A DNA stretch of 63,596 nt from positions 1 through 63,596 of IMG/VR virus record IMGVR_UViG_3300005098_000067, one strand, 5' to 3'. A program made the position numbers and the translations under genes. The notes below the pieces were generated by a model that saw only the letters and a list, made by a program, of their open reading frames with translations, did no database searches and was not told the DNA's origin. Shown here in pieces: positions 34,961 through 45,191 of this stretch (position 1 is the first letter of the stretch; every line of letters starts with the position of its first letter). Source of the stretch: a virus (Duplodnaviria; Caudoviricetes).

Positions 34961-35421
34961 CCCACCTTCCTCAGGTGTACCACGATGGCATTGCCTTTAG
35001 CGACTCTCTGCAAATGCAGGATGCGCCAGGGCTTGATGCCGTACATGGCCCCGCGCTTTCCATACGTGCCCCTGGTCGGGTCAAAGAAGTCGAACGTGCG
35101 CTCCGTCCATCCCCGCCAGATGTGCGTCGGGTCGTCCGCAACCGTGCTGGCTTCTACGGCCGGTACCTTCAGCTTGAGCACCCCGCTGGGGCGAAGAATC
35201 CGCCAGCACTCGTCCAGCGACTCAACCAGGGTCAGGTGCAGATGCTCGAAAACTGCCCAGGAGACCACAACGTCGAACGCTTCGTCCTCCCAGGGCCAGG
35301 GCAGCACGTCCAGGTCGTGGGCTGCGTCAACGCCCGGCCTCGGCATCCGATCGTGATTTACCGCACCGGCAATTAGTCGGTCTCCCGCACCCAGGTTCAG
35401 CGTGCGTTCTTTCTTACCCAT
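34957..35421 (-). CDS. class I SAM-dependent methyltransferase
   Basis: LNLGAG, HDLDVLPWP, VFEH, WRILRPSG and DDPTH motifs. Confidence 0.85.
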   Translation of the reverse strand: MGKKERTLNLGAGDRLIAGAVNHDRMPRPGVDAAHDLDVLPWPWEDEAFDVVVSWAVFEHLHLTLVESLDECWRILRPSGVLKLKVPAVEASTVADDPTHIWRGWTERTFDFFDPTRGTYGKRGAMYGIKPWRILHLQRVAKGNAIVVHLRKVG

Positions 35422-35605
35422 GGCCCAGCGCTTCCAACCGATTGAGGACCTCCCGTTCCTGGGCAGGCGTGTAGACCCCATCCGGGCTCTTAACCTCGGT
35501 CAGAATCTCCAGCCTGCGTTGTAGATCGACGATGAGTCTTCCCAAATCCTCGGCCGTGAGACTGCTGACTAGGCGGCAGGCAATCTCCTGGACCTGATCC
35601 TCCAC
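35414..35605 (-). CDS. hypothetical protein
   Basis: Short coupled ORF. Confidence 0.45.
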   Translation of the reverse strand: MEDQVQEIACRLVSSLTAEDLGRLIVDLQRRLEILTEVKSPDGVYTPAQEREVLNRLEALGHG

Positions 35606-36252
35606 TACTGTGCTCCTTTCCTTCGAGCTGCCCCGTGAAAATGATACACCTCGGCAGCAAGGGCGCGCTCCTCACAGTTGGCTTGCCAGGGCAATATCCA
35701 GACCTTGACCGGCGTGAGCGCCAGGGCCCTAACCAATGCTCCCTGGTCTCGGTGGCGAAATCTGCGCCATTCAGCAGCCCAGGTCTTGAAGACCTGCTCC
35801 ACTGGCTGGCATTTCCTCCAGGAGAACGCGCCTCCGGCCATTTGCGCAAGTTCCAGCGTGCCGAACAGGCGAGAACAGTACGCCGTCTCTGCCCTGTTCT
35901 TCAGCCGGCACTGCCCCAGGGTGCCCGCGAACGCATCCAGGCAGAAGGCCATCTCCCAGCCCCGCTCCAGGGGAGCGAAGAACCGAGTCAGGGGCTTTAG
36001 CGGGACGGTGTCCACGTCCAGGTACAACGTGTGCTCCCAGGGCAGTAAATCGTACAGGCTCGTCTTTACCGACCGAGCCCCTAAATCCTCAGTTTTCCTG
36101 ACTATCGAGGGCAACTCTGGCACCGCCCGATCGGATACTACCACCGCCTCTAAGTCCGGCTCGACGAGGCGCAAGGCTTTGACGCTGACCCTCAAGCACT
36201 TCAGCGCTGGCTCGCCGTAGGCCACATAGACAACTCCCCGCTGGCTAGTCAT
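35605..36252 (-). CDS. GT-A fold glycosyltransferase (GT8/nucleotide-diphospho-sugar transferase-like)
   Basis: GVVYVAYG, TLYLDVDT, DQGAL and HFHG motifs. Confidence 0.8.
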   Translation of the reverse strand: MTSQRGVVYVAYGEPALKCLRVSVKALRLVEPDLEAVVVSDRAVPELPSIVRKTEDLGARSVKTSLYDLLPWEHTLYLDVDTVPLKPLTRFFAPLERGWEMAFCLDAFAGTLGQCRLKNRAETAYCSRLFGTLELAQMAGGAFSWRKCQPVEQVFKTWAAEWRRFRHRDQGALVRALALTPVKVWILPWQANCEERALAAEVYHFHGAARRKGAQ

Positions 36253-37066
36253 GCAGAAACTCCGCGAAAGCGCGCTCGTAAGCAAGCGCGAAAGCTTCCT
36301 CGGTTCGGGCGAGTACCGCCTGGCGTCTCCTGTAGCGAACTGCATTTATCTCCCGCAGGCTGGCAACCATGGCCTCGAAATCCCCGCGTGGATAGCGAAA
36401 ATCGACTGGCAATTCGTCGCAGAATCCTACTCCCAGTGGGGCAACAACCGGCAGGCCGCAGGCTAACGCTTCGAGCAAGGTGTCCGGCCCTCCCTCAACC
36501 TCGCTCGTGATCAGGAAAACATCCAGCGAGCGAAAGAAGTCAGGCAGGGCATCGCGTGAGTAGAACGTGGTCGGGCAAGGCCAACCCTTGCCCGCTCCCA
36601 CCACCTCGAACTCCTCTAATTCCAAGAGTTTCCTGACCAGGTGTTCGCCTTTGCGCGACGGGTGCTTGTACACCCGCCCGGCAACCCCCACCCGAAGCCG
36701 CCGAGGGTGAAAAGCCTTCGCGTCCACTGGCGTGGGAATAACTACTGTCGGCCCGTTGCCCGATAGCATATCGGCATACTTCTGGGCCTGGCAACAACGC
36801 AGATCGACCAGTCTAGCGGCGCGGTGCCAACGCCCTATCTTTGACCCAGGTGTCGTGGGCCCTCGCTCCTCCAGGTGCGTGAACCAAGCTGACACTTTGC
36901 CCTGAGCAGGGCGATCACGCAGCAGAAGATAGGGCATGAAGTGATTTACTTCCGCCCCGGCGCGTGGCTGCCGGCCTACAGTCCAGCCCAGCAACCGGCC
37001 CAGGCAACGCGCATATCGATCTAGTATCCAGTTATCACCGGGCGCGACAACGTGAACGTCCATCAC
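36245..37066 (-). CDS. glycosyltransferase family 4 (GT-B)
   Basis: RKG...DVFLITSEVEGGPDTLLEALACGLPVV. Confidence 0.88.
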   Translation of the reverse strand: MMDVHVVAPGDNWILDRYARCLGRLLGWTVGRQPRAGAEVNHFMPYLLLRDRPAQGKVSAWFTHLEERGPTTPGSKIGRWHRAARLVDLRCCQAQKYADMLSGNGPTVVIPTPVDAKAFHPRRLRVGVAGRVYKHPSRKGEHLVRKLLELEEFEVVGAGKGWPCPTTFYSRDALPDFFRSLDVFLITSEVEGGPDTLLEALACGLPVVAPLGVGFCDELPVDFRYPRGDFEAMVASLREINAVRYRRRQAVLARTEEAFALAYERAFAEFLHD

Positions 37067-37160
37067 ACCTCGGCCATCATAAGACCTGGCAGGAGGCGGC
37101 CAACCTCCCGAGCGTCGGATGGCATCCGACTACCCGTGCCAGGTGCTTATCTACGCTGCA

Positions 37161-38612
37161 CTATTGCGCAGCTCGAGCTGGGCCATGGCAATGCGTCTCG
37201 TCGTCGTACCACGCTTCGTACGCCCCACCGTCAGGGTAGTACGGGCTATCGCCCGGATACGGCGAGAGTGGCGCTTGCAGGCTCTTGCAGCACACGTTCG
37301 TGACGCGACCTTGCAGGAAGGGCAGCAGGATGACCAGCCGTGGCTTGAGAGCCACACGGGTGTCAAAGCAGGTGTTGCGCCGCTCTTGCCAGACGTAGAA
37401 CCTGCCATCGTCCACCGGGCGGCCTCCGACGAGTTCCGTTGTCCAGCCGGTCAGGGCATCGCCGACTCCCTTTCGGAAATCCTGGTACTCACCCCTGATG
37501 ATGGGCAGACCGCCGACCTGCATGGTCAGGACGTAGATGTCTGCCATATACCCGCCTCCCGGGACGTGAGTGAAAGGCTGGTAGTCATCTGGGATCGTCG
37601 GGATATCCATGCCCCGTACCCGCAGCACGCCCCGCTTTCGCAGGTCGTCGGCTGTCGAGCGGGCCCAGTCTGCTGAGACGAACTGCATCTGCCCTGCGCC
37701 TCCGCCTCCGCCTACTCCTGTGCCGCAAGGGCCTAGCGTGCAGGCCCAGTACTCGTACAGGCAGTCCAGCAGCCAGGACGGGGCGACGATGCGCATGTCA
37801 CTGGCGGCCGGGATGTCAAGCCCTGCTCCGGTTGCCCGCTGGATGATCCGGCCGACAATGGCGTCCAGATAGGCGTAGATATTCTTGGTGCTGGACGGGT
37901 CATTGATGCAGTCCCCGCCGAAGTCCTTGACGTCCGGGTCTACGCCTGGACAGGGCAGCTTAGACCGCAAGTCGAAATAGCCCGTATTGACCAAGACCTG
38001 CAATCCGTCGAACTGGTGCGTCCCGGTCGCCACGGAGCCGGTGTACAGCCACCGACCCAGAATCTGGCGAATTCCAACTGCGGCTGTGACAGCGCCCCAC
38101 TCGGCATCGTTGTCGATCATGCTGCCCTGGGGGGCAACCGTCACTCCGCCGACCGAGACATTCCCGAACAGCCGGAACCGTGGCACCTTGTTGCACCAGC
38201 GCATCCCCAAATCGAGCCTGTCGTACTCAGGCGATTTGCGGCGAATGCGGCCGAAGCACCACTCGAGCTCGCAACCCTTCCAGCCCGTGCCGTGGGGATC
38301 GCCACACTGATCTTCGACTTCGGGCTGGGGATCCAGGTCACCCATGGCAGACATGATCGGCTGACGAAAGACCTCCACATCGCTAGCCACCCAGGGAATG
38401 TGACCCGCCAGGCCCACATCGTTCAAGGAGGCGTTGATCAGCGTGTCTTCGGCGCAGACGCTGAACAATCCTCCCTGCCCGTAGAGCAGATTGGTACTCA
38501 GCTGTTTTTGCTGCACCCCTACGTTTGAGCCGAGCAACTTCAGGAGCCCTTCTACTTGACCAGAGTCGGCCAGTCTGGTCAGCAGTTCCAATTGTTTCAC
38601 CGTCAGGTTCAT
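37161..38612 (-). CDS. major capsid protein
   Basis: Follows the protease/scaffold gene; 483 aa; QFDGLQVLV motif typical of HK97-fold capsids. Confidence 0.75.
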   Translation of the reverse strand: MNLTVKQLELLTRLADSGQVEGLLKLLGSNVGVQQKQLSTNLLYGQGGLFSVCAEDTLINASLNDVGLAGHIPWVASDVEVFRQPIMSAMGDLDPQPEVEDQCGDPHGTGWKGCELEWCFGRIRRKSPEYDRLDLGMRWCNKVPRFRLFGNVSVGGVTVAPQGSMIDNDAEWGAVTAAVGIRQILGRWLYTGSVATGTHQFDGLQVLVNTGYFDLRSKLPCPGVDPDVKDFGGDCINDPSSTKNIYAYLDAIVGRIIQRATGAGLDIPAASDMRIVAPSWLLDCLYEYWACTLGPCGTGVGGGGGAGQMQFVSADWARSTADDLRKRGVLRVRGMDIPTIPDDYQPFTHVPGGGYMADIYVLTMQVGGLPIIRGEYQDFRKGVGDALTGWTTELVGGRPVDDGRFYVWQERRNTCFDTRVALKPRLVILLPFLQGRVTNVCCKSLQAPLSPYPGDSPYYPDGGAYEAWYDDETHCHGPARAAQ

Positions 38613-40342
38613 GATCCTCCCTCCTTCTTTGTCGGACCGCCGAACATGCCGGCCAACGGATGTACCGGGCCGGCACCCAAACTCTCTTGGAGCTCCTTGA
38701 CGACCTTCTCCCCCTTCGAAACCTCAGGGGCTTCCTCCGAGGGGCGAATAGCTGAGGACGGCATCCGCTGCAAGAGAGACTTCATGGCTTCAACCAACTC
38801 TGCCTGCTCCTCGACCGCCTTGAGCCGGGCTTCCATGCCCAAAACGCCGACTTGCAGGGCCTCCAGGCTGGCGCTGACCTTGTCCAACGTCTTGCTGACC
38901 TTGGCTTCCTCACTTGCCGCTTCCTCTTTCGGTTCTGGAGCGGCTGGAGATTCAGTCTTGGCGACCTTCTTGGTCTCCTCTTCGCCTGGCTCGCACTTCT
39001 CGACTTTCTTTTCCTCCTCCTCCTCCTCGCCTTCGTCCGCAGGAGCTTGCTTGGCCTCGGGATACGGATACTTTTCGCCCGCCGACTCCAGAGCGGCGAT
39101 AGCATCCTGTACCAACTTCTGCGTCCCGGCCGGGAGGTCGTCCACAACCCCCTTGAGAGCGGTCAACGCCGCAGCGATGGCCTTAGCGCCTTCGGCCTTC
39201 TGTACTGCGGTCAGTGACTTGGCCTCGCTGCCCAGGAGCTCCTGGAGCATTTTACGCAGGCTCACGGCCTCGTCCTCGTCCTCTGGGTTCAACAACCGCA
39301 GAATCTTTTCCAAATCCATGACTTTCCCTCCTTCTTTCGTAATCGGAGCAATAGCTGTCAAGGGCATGGCGGGCTCATCTGTGATGCTGGAGTCAAACTT
39401 GAGGACCCGCGTATATATGCCCCTCCGCATCTGCCCTATAGGGCACAAAAATCCTATGCTTATACGACATTTACTCCCTCCGTCTCGCTGCAATGCTTTG
39501 TACATCGCGTCCGCCAGGGGGCTTTCGCCGGGTGGCAGGAACGTGCCGAGCTCCAACCAGAAAGGCCCCAATCGCATTTCAAACCTGGAATGCCCTATCA
39601 ACGTCTGTGGTACAGCGTGGGCTATGTACAACTTCGAGCGATAGCCGTACTTCTTCGCCAAGGCTATCGAGAAGTCCATGCCCTCGCGGGTCACCGTCTG
39701 GCCCTCCAGATCCTTCACCGCTGTGGAGACCACAGCGGCATACCAACGCTGCCCCTTGCGATCTTTCCACACCGGGACGGCCGAGCGCCGTCGCAGGGCC
39801 AGAAGCAAGGCAAACAGCGGATATAGCACCTTCTCTTTGGCTGTAGGCGCTGGCTGCGACTTCTCCCATTGCCATAAGCCTCCCACACCCGCCTCGGCTT
39901 TCAAGACGAACAGGCCTTTGAGCTTTTCACCTCCTAGCTTCAGCTTGACAAGCTCTGGCGAATCCTGAACAACGGTGACCGACCCGCTGTCAATGACCTC
40001 GGCTTGGGCCGCTGTGTCTTTGGACGGATTAGCGTCCGTCCCTGGCTCCAAGTCTACCTTGCCTGTTAGCTCATCCGCCGACTTGCCTCCATACTGCAAG
40101 CCGCGCGTGCGCCGCGCCAGGACGGGCCCCTCAGACGCGGGGTCTCGCTCCAGGCCCACCATGCCCACTCCGCCGACGTGCAAGTCCCAAGCTACATCTG
40201 ACGGCCCCCACCTAGTCTGGATCGGCCCTCGCCAAGTGCGGCGAATGAGCACAAACTTGCCGTCTGGCACTCGTTTCTGCTCCACTCCCAGAAATTCGTC
40301 CAACAGAGCTAGACTGTCCATACCCCCTCCTCTCACGCCCAC
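38609..40342 (-). CDS. LigD-phosphoesterase-like domain / prohead protease / scaffold fusion
   Basis: N-terminal VIDSG...LKLGGEKLKGLFVL; central STAVKDLEGQTV..H..IG..SIGF; acidic coiled-coil C-terminus. Internal RBS and ATG at 39319 suggest a separate scaffold start. Confidence 0.7.
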   Translation of the reverse strand: MGVRGGGMDSLALLDEFLGVEQKRVPDGKFVLIRRTWRGPIQTRWGPSDVAWDLHVGGVGMVGLERDPASEGPVLARRTRGLQYGGKSADELTGKVDLEPGTDANPSKDTAAQAEVIDSGSVTVVQDSPELVKLKLGGEKLKGLFVLKAEAGVGGLWQWEKSQPAPTAKEKVLYPLFALLLALRRRSAVPVWKDRKGQRWYAAVVSTAVKDLEGQTVTREGMDFSIALAKKYGYRSKLYIAHAVPQTLIGHSRFEMRLGPFWLELGTFLPPGESPLADAMYKALQRDGGSKCRISIGFLCPIGQMRRGIYTRVLKFDSSITDEPAMPLTAIAPITKEGGKVMDLEKILRLLNPEDEDEAVSLRKMLQELLGSEAKSLTAVQKAEGAKAIAAALTALKGVVDDLPAGTQKLVQDAIAALESAGEKYPYPEAKQAPADEGEEEEEEKKVEKCEPGEEETKKVAKTESPAAPEPKEEAASEEAKVSKTLDKVSASLEALQVGVLGMEARLKAVEEQAELVEAMKSLLQRMPSSAIRPSEEAPEVSKGEKVVKELQESLGAGPVHPLAGMFGGPTKKEGGS

Positions 40343-41979
40343 TTGTCGGCTTTGTCACCAATGGCTTCCACCGCTGCCCTGCGCTTTGCCAGGCGAGTGG
40401 CCGTATCCCCTTTCTGCCAGTACTGTGCGTCTTTGGGCACCAATTTCAGTAGGGCAGGGGGCAAGGCTGCATGGCCCACAGGTGGCAACCAATCTTTGGA
40501 CACCGCCCCGCGCAGGACATAGGGGGCTTGCTCCTCAACCTGCATCATCTGCCAGTGGATGTCCCGCCCTCCCTTCTCCTCGGCCGGAGGCAAGATTGCC
40601 GCGGCCATTGACCGCACCGCTGCCTCGGAGAACTGGGGCATGGCCAGGCCCAGGAGAAGCTTCACGTCTTCGGGCGAGAGCTCATCCCCGACTTCCTCTG
40701 TCAGTTCGTGGAACTTCGCCAGGGCATCTCCAATCGCGCTGGAGAGAGTCAGGCGTGTGTCACGGTCTATGAACCCTTGAGCAAACATCCGGTCGGCCAA
40801 CACTGTCAATACAAGGTGAATCTGGCTCTCCAGAAACTCGCCAAGCTTGACCGGCTTAGCTTCCTTATCGGAATGTCCTAGAGCGCGGAGCAAATAGCGG
40901 CCTGGAGCCAACCCGTGGCCGCCCCACAAAAAGTACTCGTGCGACCAGGGCTTTTGGGCGCCATAGGCCATCACCCCCTTGTCGGCGATGTAGAAGACTC
41001 CCGCTTCCCCACTGGTTGCCCCGACCGAACCGGGTTCAACCCGACCCTCGACTTTCATCCATTCTATCGGCTCCGGTGCTTTCTCGAAGCAGAGGATGGC
41101 GGTCTTGCGAACGGTGCCGCCGCGCACCTGGCGCTTTCGAAACTGTCCGGTCGTGAAGTTCACCTTCCACCTGGACGGGTCTTTCGAGAGCTGGCGCAGC
41201 TGGGCGACGCTCTCAATGTCTGGCAAAGCTCCCGGCATTTGGACGGCCATTGTCCAGCCCACGAGCAGGTCTTTTGTCAACCGAAAGCGCAAGTCCCCGT
41301 GCACCGAGGCGCCGCGAGCGTGCAAGTGCAACATGTACGGCTGTGGAGCATTCGGATCGGGCGGGAGACGAACATACGGATCAGCAGGCACGGCTTTGGC
41401 TTTAGCGGCTGCCCCATCCTTTTGGGCATCCGCCAGCTGTTCCAATCGCTCGATCAGCTGCTCCGTGCTAAGTTGCTCCCCGACCTTCCTGACCTGCGCC
41501 CCCTCGTCGCCTATCTTTTCGGGGACTTCGCCGTTCGCAACAAACCAGCACCGAACTATGTCTCGCTCTTCCTCCCGAGCCCAATCCTTGAAATGGCGAA
41601 GGCAGAACCAGGCCCGTCCGCGCCCGTCAGCCCAATGAACGTCCACCTGGGGCGGGGCTGAGCAGACCATGCACTTGTCGCGGCGATGGCGGGTCTTTTC
41701 CTGAGCTTCGCCTTCGCGGGCGAGCGGCTCTCCCTGGTCCCCTTCCCCTTCGACAACCCACAGGCGCGATCCTGCAATCAAGCGGGGGAGCAACTTCCAG
41801 TGCGTGGGATTGCTGGGGTCAAAATTCTCGCCGTCCAAACCCCCAAAAGGAGTTTCCAGCAGGAAGGAGCGGAGCTTCAGGTCTCCCTCCCACTGGGCGC
41901 GCCGGCCGATGACCGTCGCACGGGCTTTCTCATGCGTTTGTCCTTCGCTGTCCCTGCTCAGAAACCGATAGACGCTCAT
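40333..41979 (-). CDS. head-associated protein with Zn finger and LigD 3'-phosphoesterase-like domain
   Basis: YMLHLHARGASVHGDLRF..LVGWT...KAPEP.EW...HEYFL; CMVC..WFCLRH. Confidence 0.7.
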   Translation of the reverse strand: MSVYRFLSRDSEGQTHEKARATVIGRRAQWEGDLKLRSFLLETPFGGLDGENFDPSNPTHWKLLPRLIAGSRLWVVEGEGDQGEPLAREGEAQEKTRHRRDKCMVCSAPPQVDVHWADGRGRAWFCLRHFKDWAREEERDIVRCWFVANGEVPEKIGDEGAQVRKVGEQLSTEQLIERLEQLADAQKDGAAAKAKAVPADPYVRLPPDPNAPQPYMLHLHARGASVHGDLRFRLTKDLLVGWTMAVQMPGALPDIESVAQLRQLSKDPSRWKVNFTTGQFRKRQVRGGTVRKTAILCFEKAPEPIEWMKVEGRVEPGSVGATSGEAGVFYIADKGVMAYGAQKPWSHEYFLWGGHGLAPGRYLLRALGHSDKEAKPVKLGEFLESQIHLVLTVLADRMFAQGFIDRDTRLTLSSAIGDALAKFHELTEEVGDELSPEDVKLLLGLAMPQFSEAAVRSMAAAILPPAEEKGGRDIHWQMMQVEEQAPYVLRGAVSKDWLPPVGHAALPPALLKLVPKDAQYWQKGDTATRLAKRRAAVEAIGDKADKWA

Positions 41980-44690
41980 CTGATGAGATCCTCCGGGGCT
42001 AAGGCTATGCGCCGCTCCATGGCTCGCCACTCCTTCAGGGTTATTACTCCCTCGGCTACCAGCCTGTCACGTAGCTTCTTGTCGGCCAGTACCCGCCTCG
42101 CCGGGGCCAGGTCCTCCGACGTCAACCCTCGCAAACCGTACCGCTTAAACGTCGTGGGCCAGTACTTGTCGCGCTGCTTGCCCCTCAGCCTCCTCGGATA
42201 ACCGTTATCAATTGCATAGGCGTGCTTGCCGTCCTTCGAGAAGATTATGTTGCCGAGGTGCCTGTCTTTGTTCCCGGTCATCAGGTCCAAAACCCGTATT
42301 CGGATCAGGTCTTCCTTAGCCGAGTCCTTTAGCTCGCCCCCGAACTCCAACGCCACTTCCGTGTCCTCTATCCAGTGATGGACAGACTCTGTCTCTGAGC
42401 GAACTACCGTCCGAGGCACCAATCCCGTGTAGCCCATAGCCTCAGCAAGCTCATAAGCTGACCGCTCCATGCGCGGATCGCTGCCCGCGGCCGACCCCTG
42501 CCTGTACTGCCCCTTGACCAGCACCCGACCGTCACCCTCCAGAAAGGCAACGTAACTGGGATTTATCCCCGCTTCGTAATCCGCATCGGCTTGCTTGATC
42601 AGCCGGCCGTTGCGCATCAACTCCTCTGAGGGAGCTTGATGCCTGAACCTTCGCGCTTGTATCCGCGCATTCACTTCGTCCACGGACATGCCCGGCTTAA
42701 TCCCAAGCGCCGCATGTCCCCCTCCGGGCGCTGACCCACCACGGTGACCAGGTATGCCGGCATGAGCCCAATGGCCCGAGGCGGAAGTTCCCACTTTCTC
42801 GACAAGCGTGAATTCCCCGTCCTTCCGAACCGTGAGTATTCCTGCTTCACGAGCTCGCTTGACCACGGCGTCCAATGAGTCGGCCTTGTCCGTTGTTGCC
42901 TCCAGGACGCGCGGCTTCCAGAACGTGACCCGCTTGCTGCCCGCATCGTCGTACAGGTTTACGGTCTCGGCTTCAACCTTGAACGTGTCGCCGGGCTTTA
43001 GCTTTAGAGCTGTGCCGAAGCTGTTGCCCACCCGGCTGACCTTGCCCTCGTGCATGACTCCAAACGTGTAGACGTGCGCTGGGCCTTTGGTCGGTTTCTC
43101 CTCGATGACTTGCACGGTGGCCACAATTGCTTTGTGGTACTTCAACCAGGTCTTATTGTCCTCCGACTGGACAACGAAGCCCTCGCTGCCAGGATAGCCG
43201 GGCAAAGCTTTAGCCCACTTGGCTAGGTCAGCCTGAGTGCTGCACTTGAAATGCTTCAGGACATACAGCTCTCCGTTCTTGGGCGTCTGCTTATCCAGGA
43301 CGGGCGGGCCCCAAGACTCTAGCGCCGAGACCACCTCCGGCATGGGCAGCAGCTTGCCTCCCGGCCCAAACCAACCGTAGACCACCAAGCTGAACTTACC
43401 CCTGAGGTCACCGGTATGCATCAACCCCACACTGGCCTCACGCGGGAAGTGGGCTCCACCCTCCCAATGCTCGAGCTCCCCGTCTACAAGCCAATCTCCC
43501 GCTGGCCAGTCGAAGTCCAGGCCCTTATCGCCTCCTACTGCCAACTTGGTTCCGTCCTCCGTCCAAGCCTCAACCTTCCCGCCGCGCCGGGAGATCACCA
43601 GGTGCGCCCCGTCCCGCTTAACCGAAATCCATACGGGCAAGGGGACATCCTTCAGGGCTGCAAGCACGTTCTCCACCGTCTGAGGTCGTTCCCCTGTCGC
43701 GCGAGCAGGCTTCGGCGGGTAGAACCATTCTTTGGCGACTGTAACTTCTTTGCGCAAAGATTCGAATTCCGGCTCCTCGATGTCCTGCACTATGGCTGTG
43801 CGCTTGGGCCGCAGTACCAGGTCGTAAACCGAGACGTAGGGCCAGTTCGGGCCAAAAGCTGTAGGATGCCAATCGATGTCCAGGTCCTCAATCCCTAACC
43901 TCTCTCGTAACGCACGCTGGAGCTTCAGAGCGAAGGAATCATCTACCTCCAGATGGAACCGACCCGACTTCTCGTCAGCGGTTGCCCGCAGAACTACATC
44001 TACGTCGTGGGGCAGCCTGTCTCCCTCTTTCAAATAGACCAGGCTACCCGTCACACTCAGGAAATCCGGCACCCAAACGAACTCCGGCAGGTCAGACAGA
44101 TCCAACAGGTGCGATCCTGTCATCTTGAGGACGACCTCGTCCATGAACGTTTGCACGCCCTGAGGGACGGCGACCTCGGCTGGTCTCCCGAAAGGCGTCC
44201 AGCGTCTCAAATTGTAAAGGTACAGCTTGTCGTGGCCCGGCCACCATTCTTTGCGCTCTTCCTCCGTAACGCGGTGCTTGTCTGCTTGGCGGGCAAATTC
44301 TGACAGGTCAATCTCCACTGGTTCGTCAAATTCTGCCAGACCGAAGGCTAATCCTGTCCCGTTCTCCTTGGAGACTATGACCAACGGCCCGCGCATGTCG
44401 AACTTCTTGGCCTTGACCACAGCCTTCTTCTTGCCCTCCCAAATCAGCCGACCGTGGGGCGGGACCAGGTACAGCCCCCTATGACGGCCTTTGACCTCCT
44501 TGAGGGGCGAGGCGTGTTTCATCTTGCGCCGGCGCATCTCGGCTGAAATCAGCCTGTGTGCTCGCTCCACCTTGCGCTTGAGCTTGGCGTCTCCCTGCGA
44601 CCAAAGCTGGTGACAGCGAAAGTGCAGGGACAGAAGCTCCTGGTCGTCTACGTCTTGCAGTTTGGCAGCAAAGATTTCATCGAGGTTCAT
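41976..44690 (-). CDS. multidomain head-associated protein: ASCH-like, Pol-beta NTase, ATP-dependent ligase-like and PI3/4K-HipA-like kinase
   Basis: LYLVPPHGRLIWEGKK; TGS...HDVDVVL; VKRDG..DGEL..SEGFVV..WLKY; ERSAY...DLMTGNKDRHLGN...AIDNG. Confidence 0.75.
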   Translation of the reverse strand: MNLDEIFAAKLQDVDDQELLSLHFRCHQLWSQGDAKLKRKVERAHRLISAEMRRRKMKHASPLKEVKGRHRGLYLVPPHGRLIWEGKKKAVVKAKKFDMRGPLVIVSKENGTGLAFGLAEFDEPVEIDLSEFARQADKHRVTEEERKEWWPGHDKLYLYNLRRWTPFGRPAEVAVPQGVQTFMDEVVLKMTGSHLLDLSDLPEFVWVPDFLSVTGSLVYLKEGDRLPHDVDVVLRATADEKSGRFHLEVDDSFALKLQRALRERLGIEDLDIDWHPTAFGPNWPYVSVYDLVLRPKRTAIVQDIEEPEFESLRKEVTVAKEWFYPPKPARATGERPQTVENVLAALKDVPLPVWISVKRDGAHLVISRRGGKVEAWTEDGTKLAVGGDKGLDFDWPAGDWLVDGELEHWEGGAHFPREASVGLMHTGDLRGKFSLVVYGWFGPGGKLLPMPEVVSALESWGPPVLDKQTPKNGELYVLKHFKCSTQADLAKWAKALPGYPGSEGFVVQSEDNKTWLKYHKAIVATVQVIEEKPTKGPAHVYTFGVMHEGKVSRVGNSFGTALKLKPGDTFKVEAETVNLYDDAGSKRVTFWKPRVLEATTDKADSLDAVVKRAREAGILTVRKDGEFTLVEKVGTSASGHWAHAGIPGHRGGSAPGGGHAALGIKPGMSVDEVNARIQARRFRHQAPSEELMRNGRLIKQADADYEAGINPSYVAFLEGDGRVLVKGQYRQGSAAGSDPRMERSAYELAEAMGYTGLVPRTVVRSETESVHHWIEDTEVALEFGGELKDSAKEDLIRIRVLDLMTGNKDRHLGNIIFSKDGKHAYAIDNGYPRRLRGKQRDKYWPTTFKRYGLRGLTSEDLAPARRVLADKKLRDRLVAEGVITLKEWRAMERRIALAPEDLIR

Positions 44691-44699
44691 GTCTAGCTT

Positions 44700-45170
44700 T
44701 CACGGCTTGCCCATGGATAACTGGCCCTGAGTCGGGAAATACACCCTCATCTCCCCCTCTCCTATTGGATCCTCCGGGGGATCTACCTCGGCCCACACTT
44801 CAAATGACCCGGGCCTGCCCCTCGCCGTGACCTTTACCCGTGCCCACCGAGGGGAAAAGAACCGTCTGAGCTTGGGCTGTGGAATGGCTGTCACCTTCAG
44901 AATGTCCTTGGGCTTGAACCCTGCTTCCTCGACAAGAAACGTTCGCGCCTTCTCCGCCGCCGCATCTTGGAACTCCTCCCAGGACATGGCGAAATAGGCT
45001 GCACGCCTGTCAGCTGGAGCGCTACCTCCTCTGTGCCCCGGCCTCCCAGAATGTCCGAAATTCCCTGATCCGGGCCCTCCCTTAGAAACTGGAGGCAGCC
45101 GATTGTACCAGTTCACCAGAAGCTCCACGTCCATGCCTTGCAATTCGGCACCGGTTCTATCGAGGCTCAT
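44700..45170 (-). CDS. protein with KGGPGSGNFGHxGRPG tag and variable C-terminus
   Basis: LVNWYNRLPPVSKGGPGSGNFGHSGRPGHRGGSAP. Confidence 0.7.
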   Translation of the reverse strand: MSLDRTGAELQGMDVELLVNWYNRLPPVSKGGPGSGNFGHSGRPGHRGGSAPADRRAAYFAMSWEEFQDAAAEKARTFLVEEAGFKPKDILKVTAIPQPKLRRFFSPRWARVKVTARGRPGSFEVWAEVDPPEDPIGEGEMRVYFPTQGQLSMGKP

Positions 45171-45191
45171 GTCAGTCTCCTGACCCGTTTG

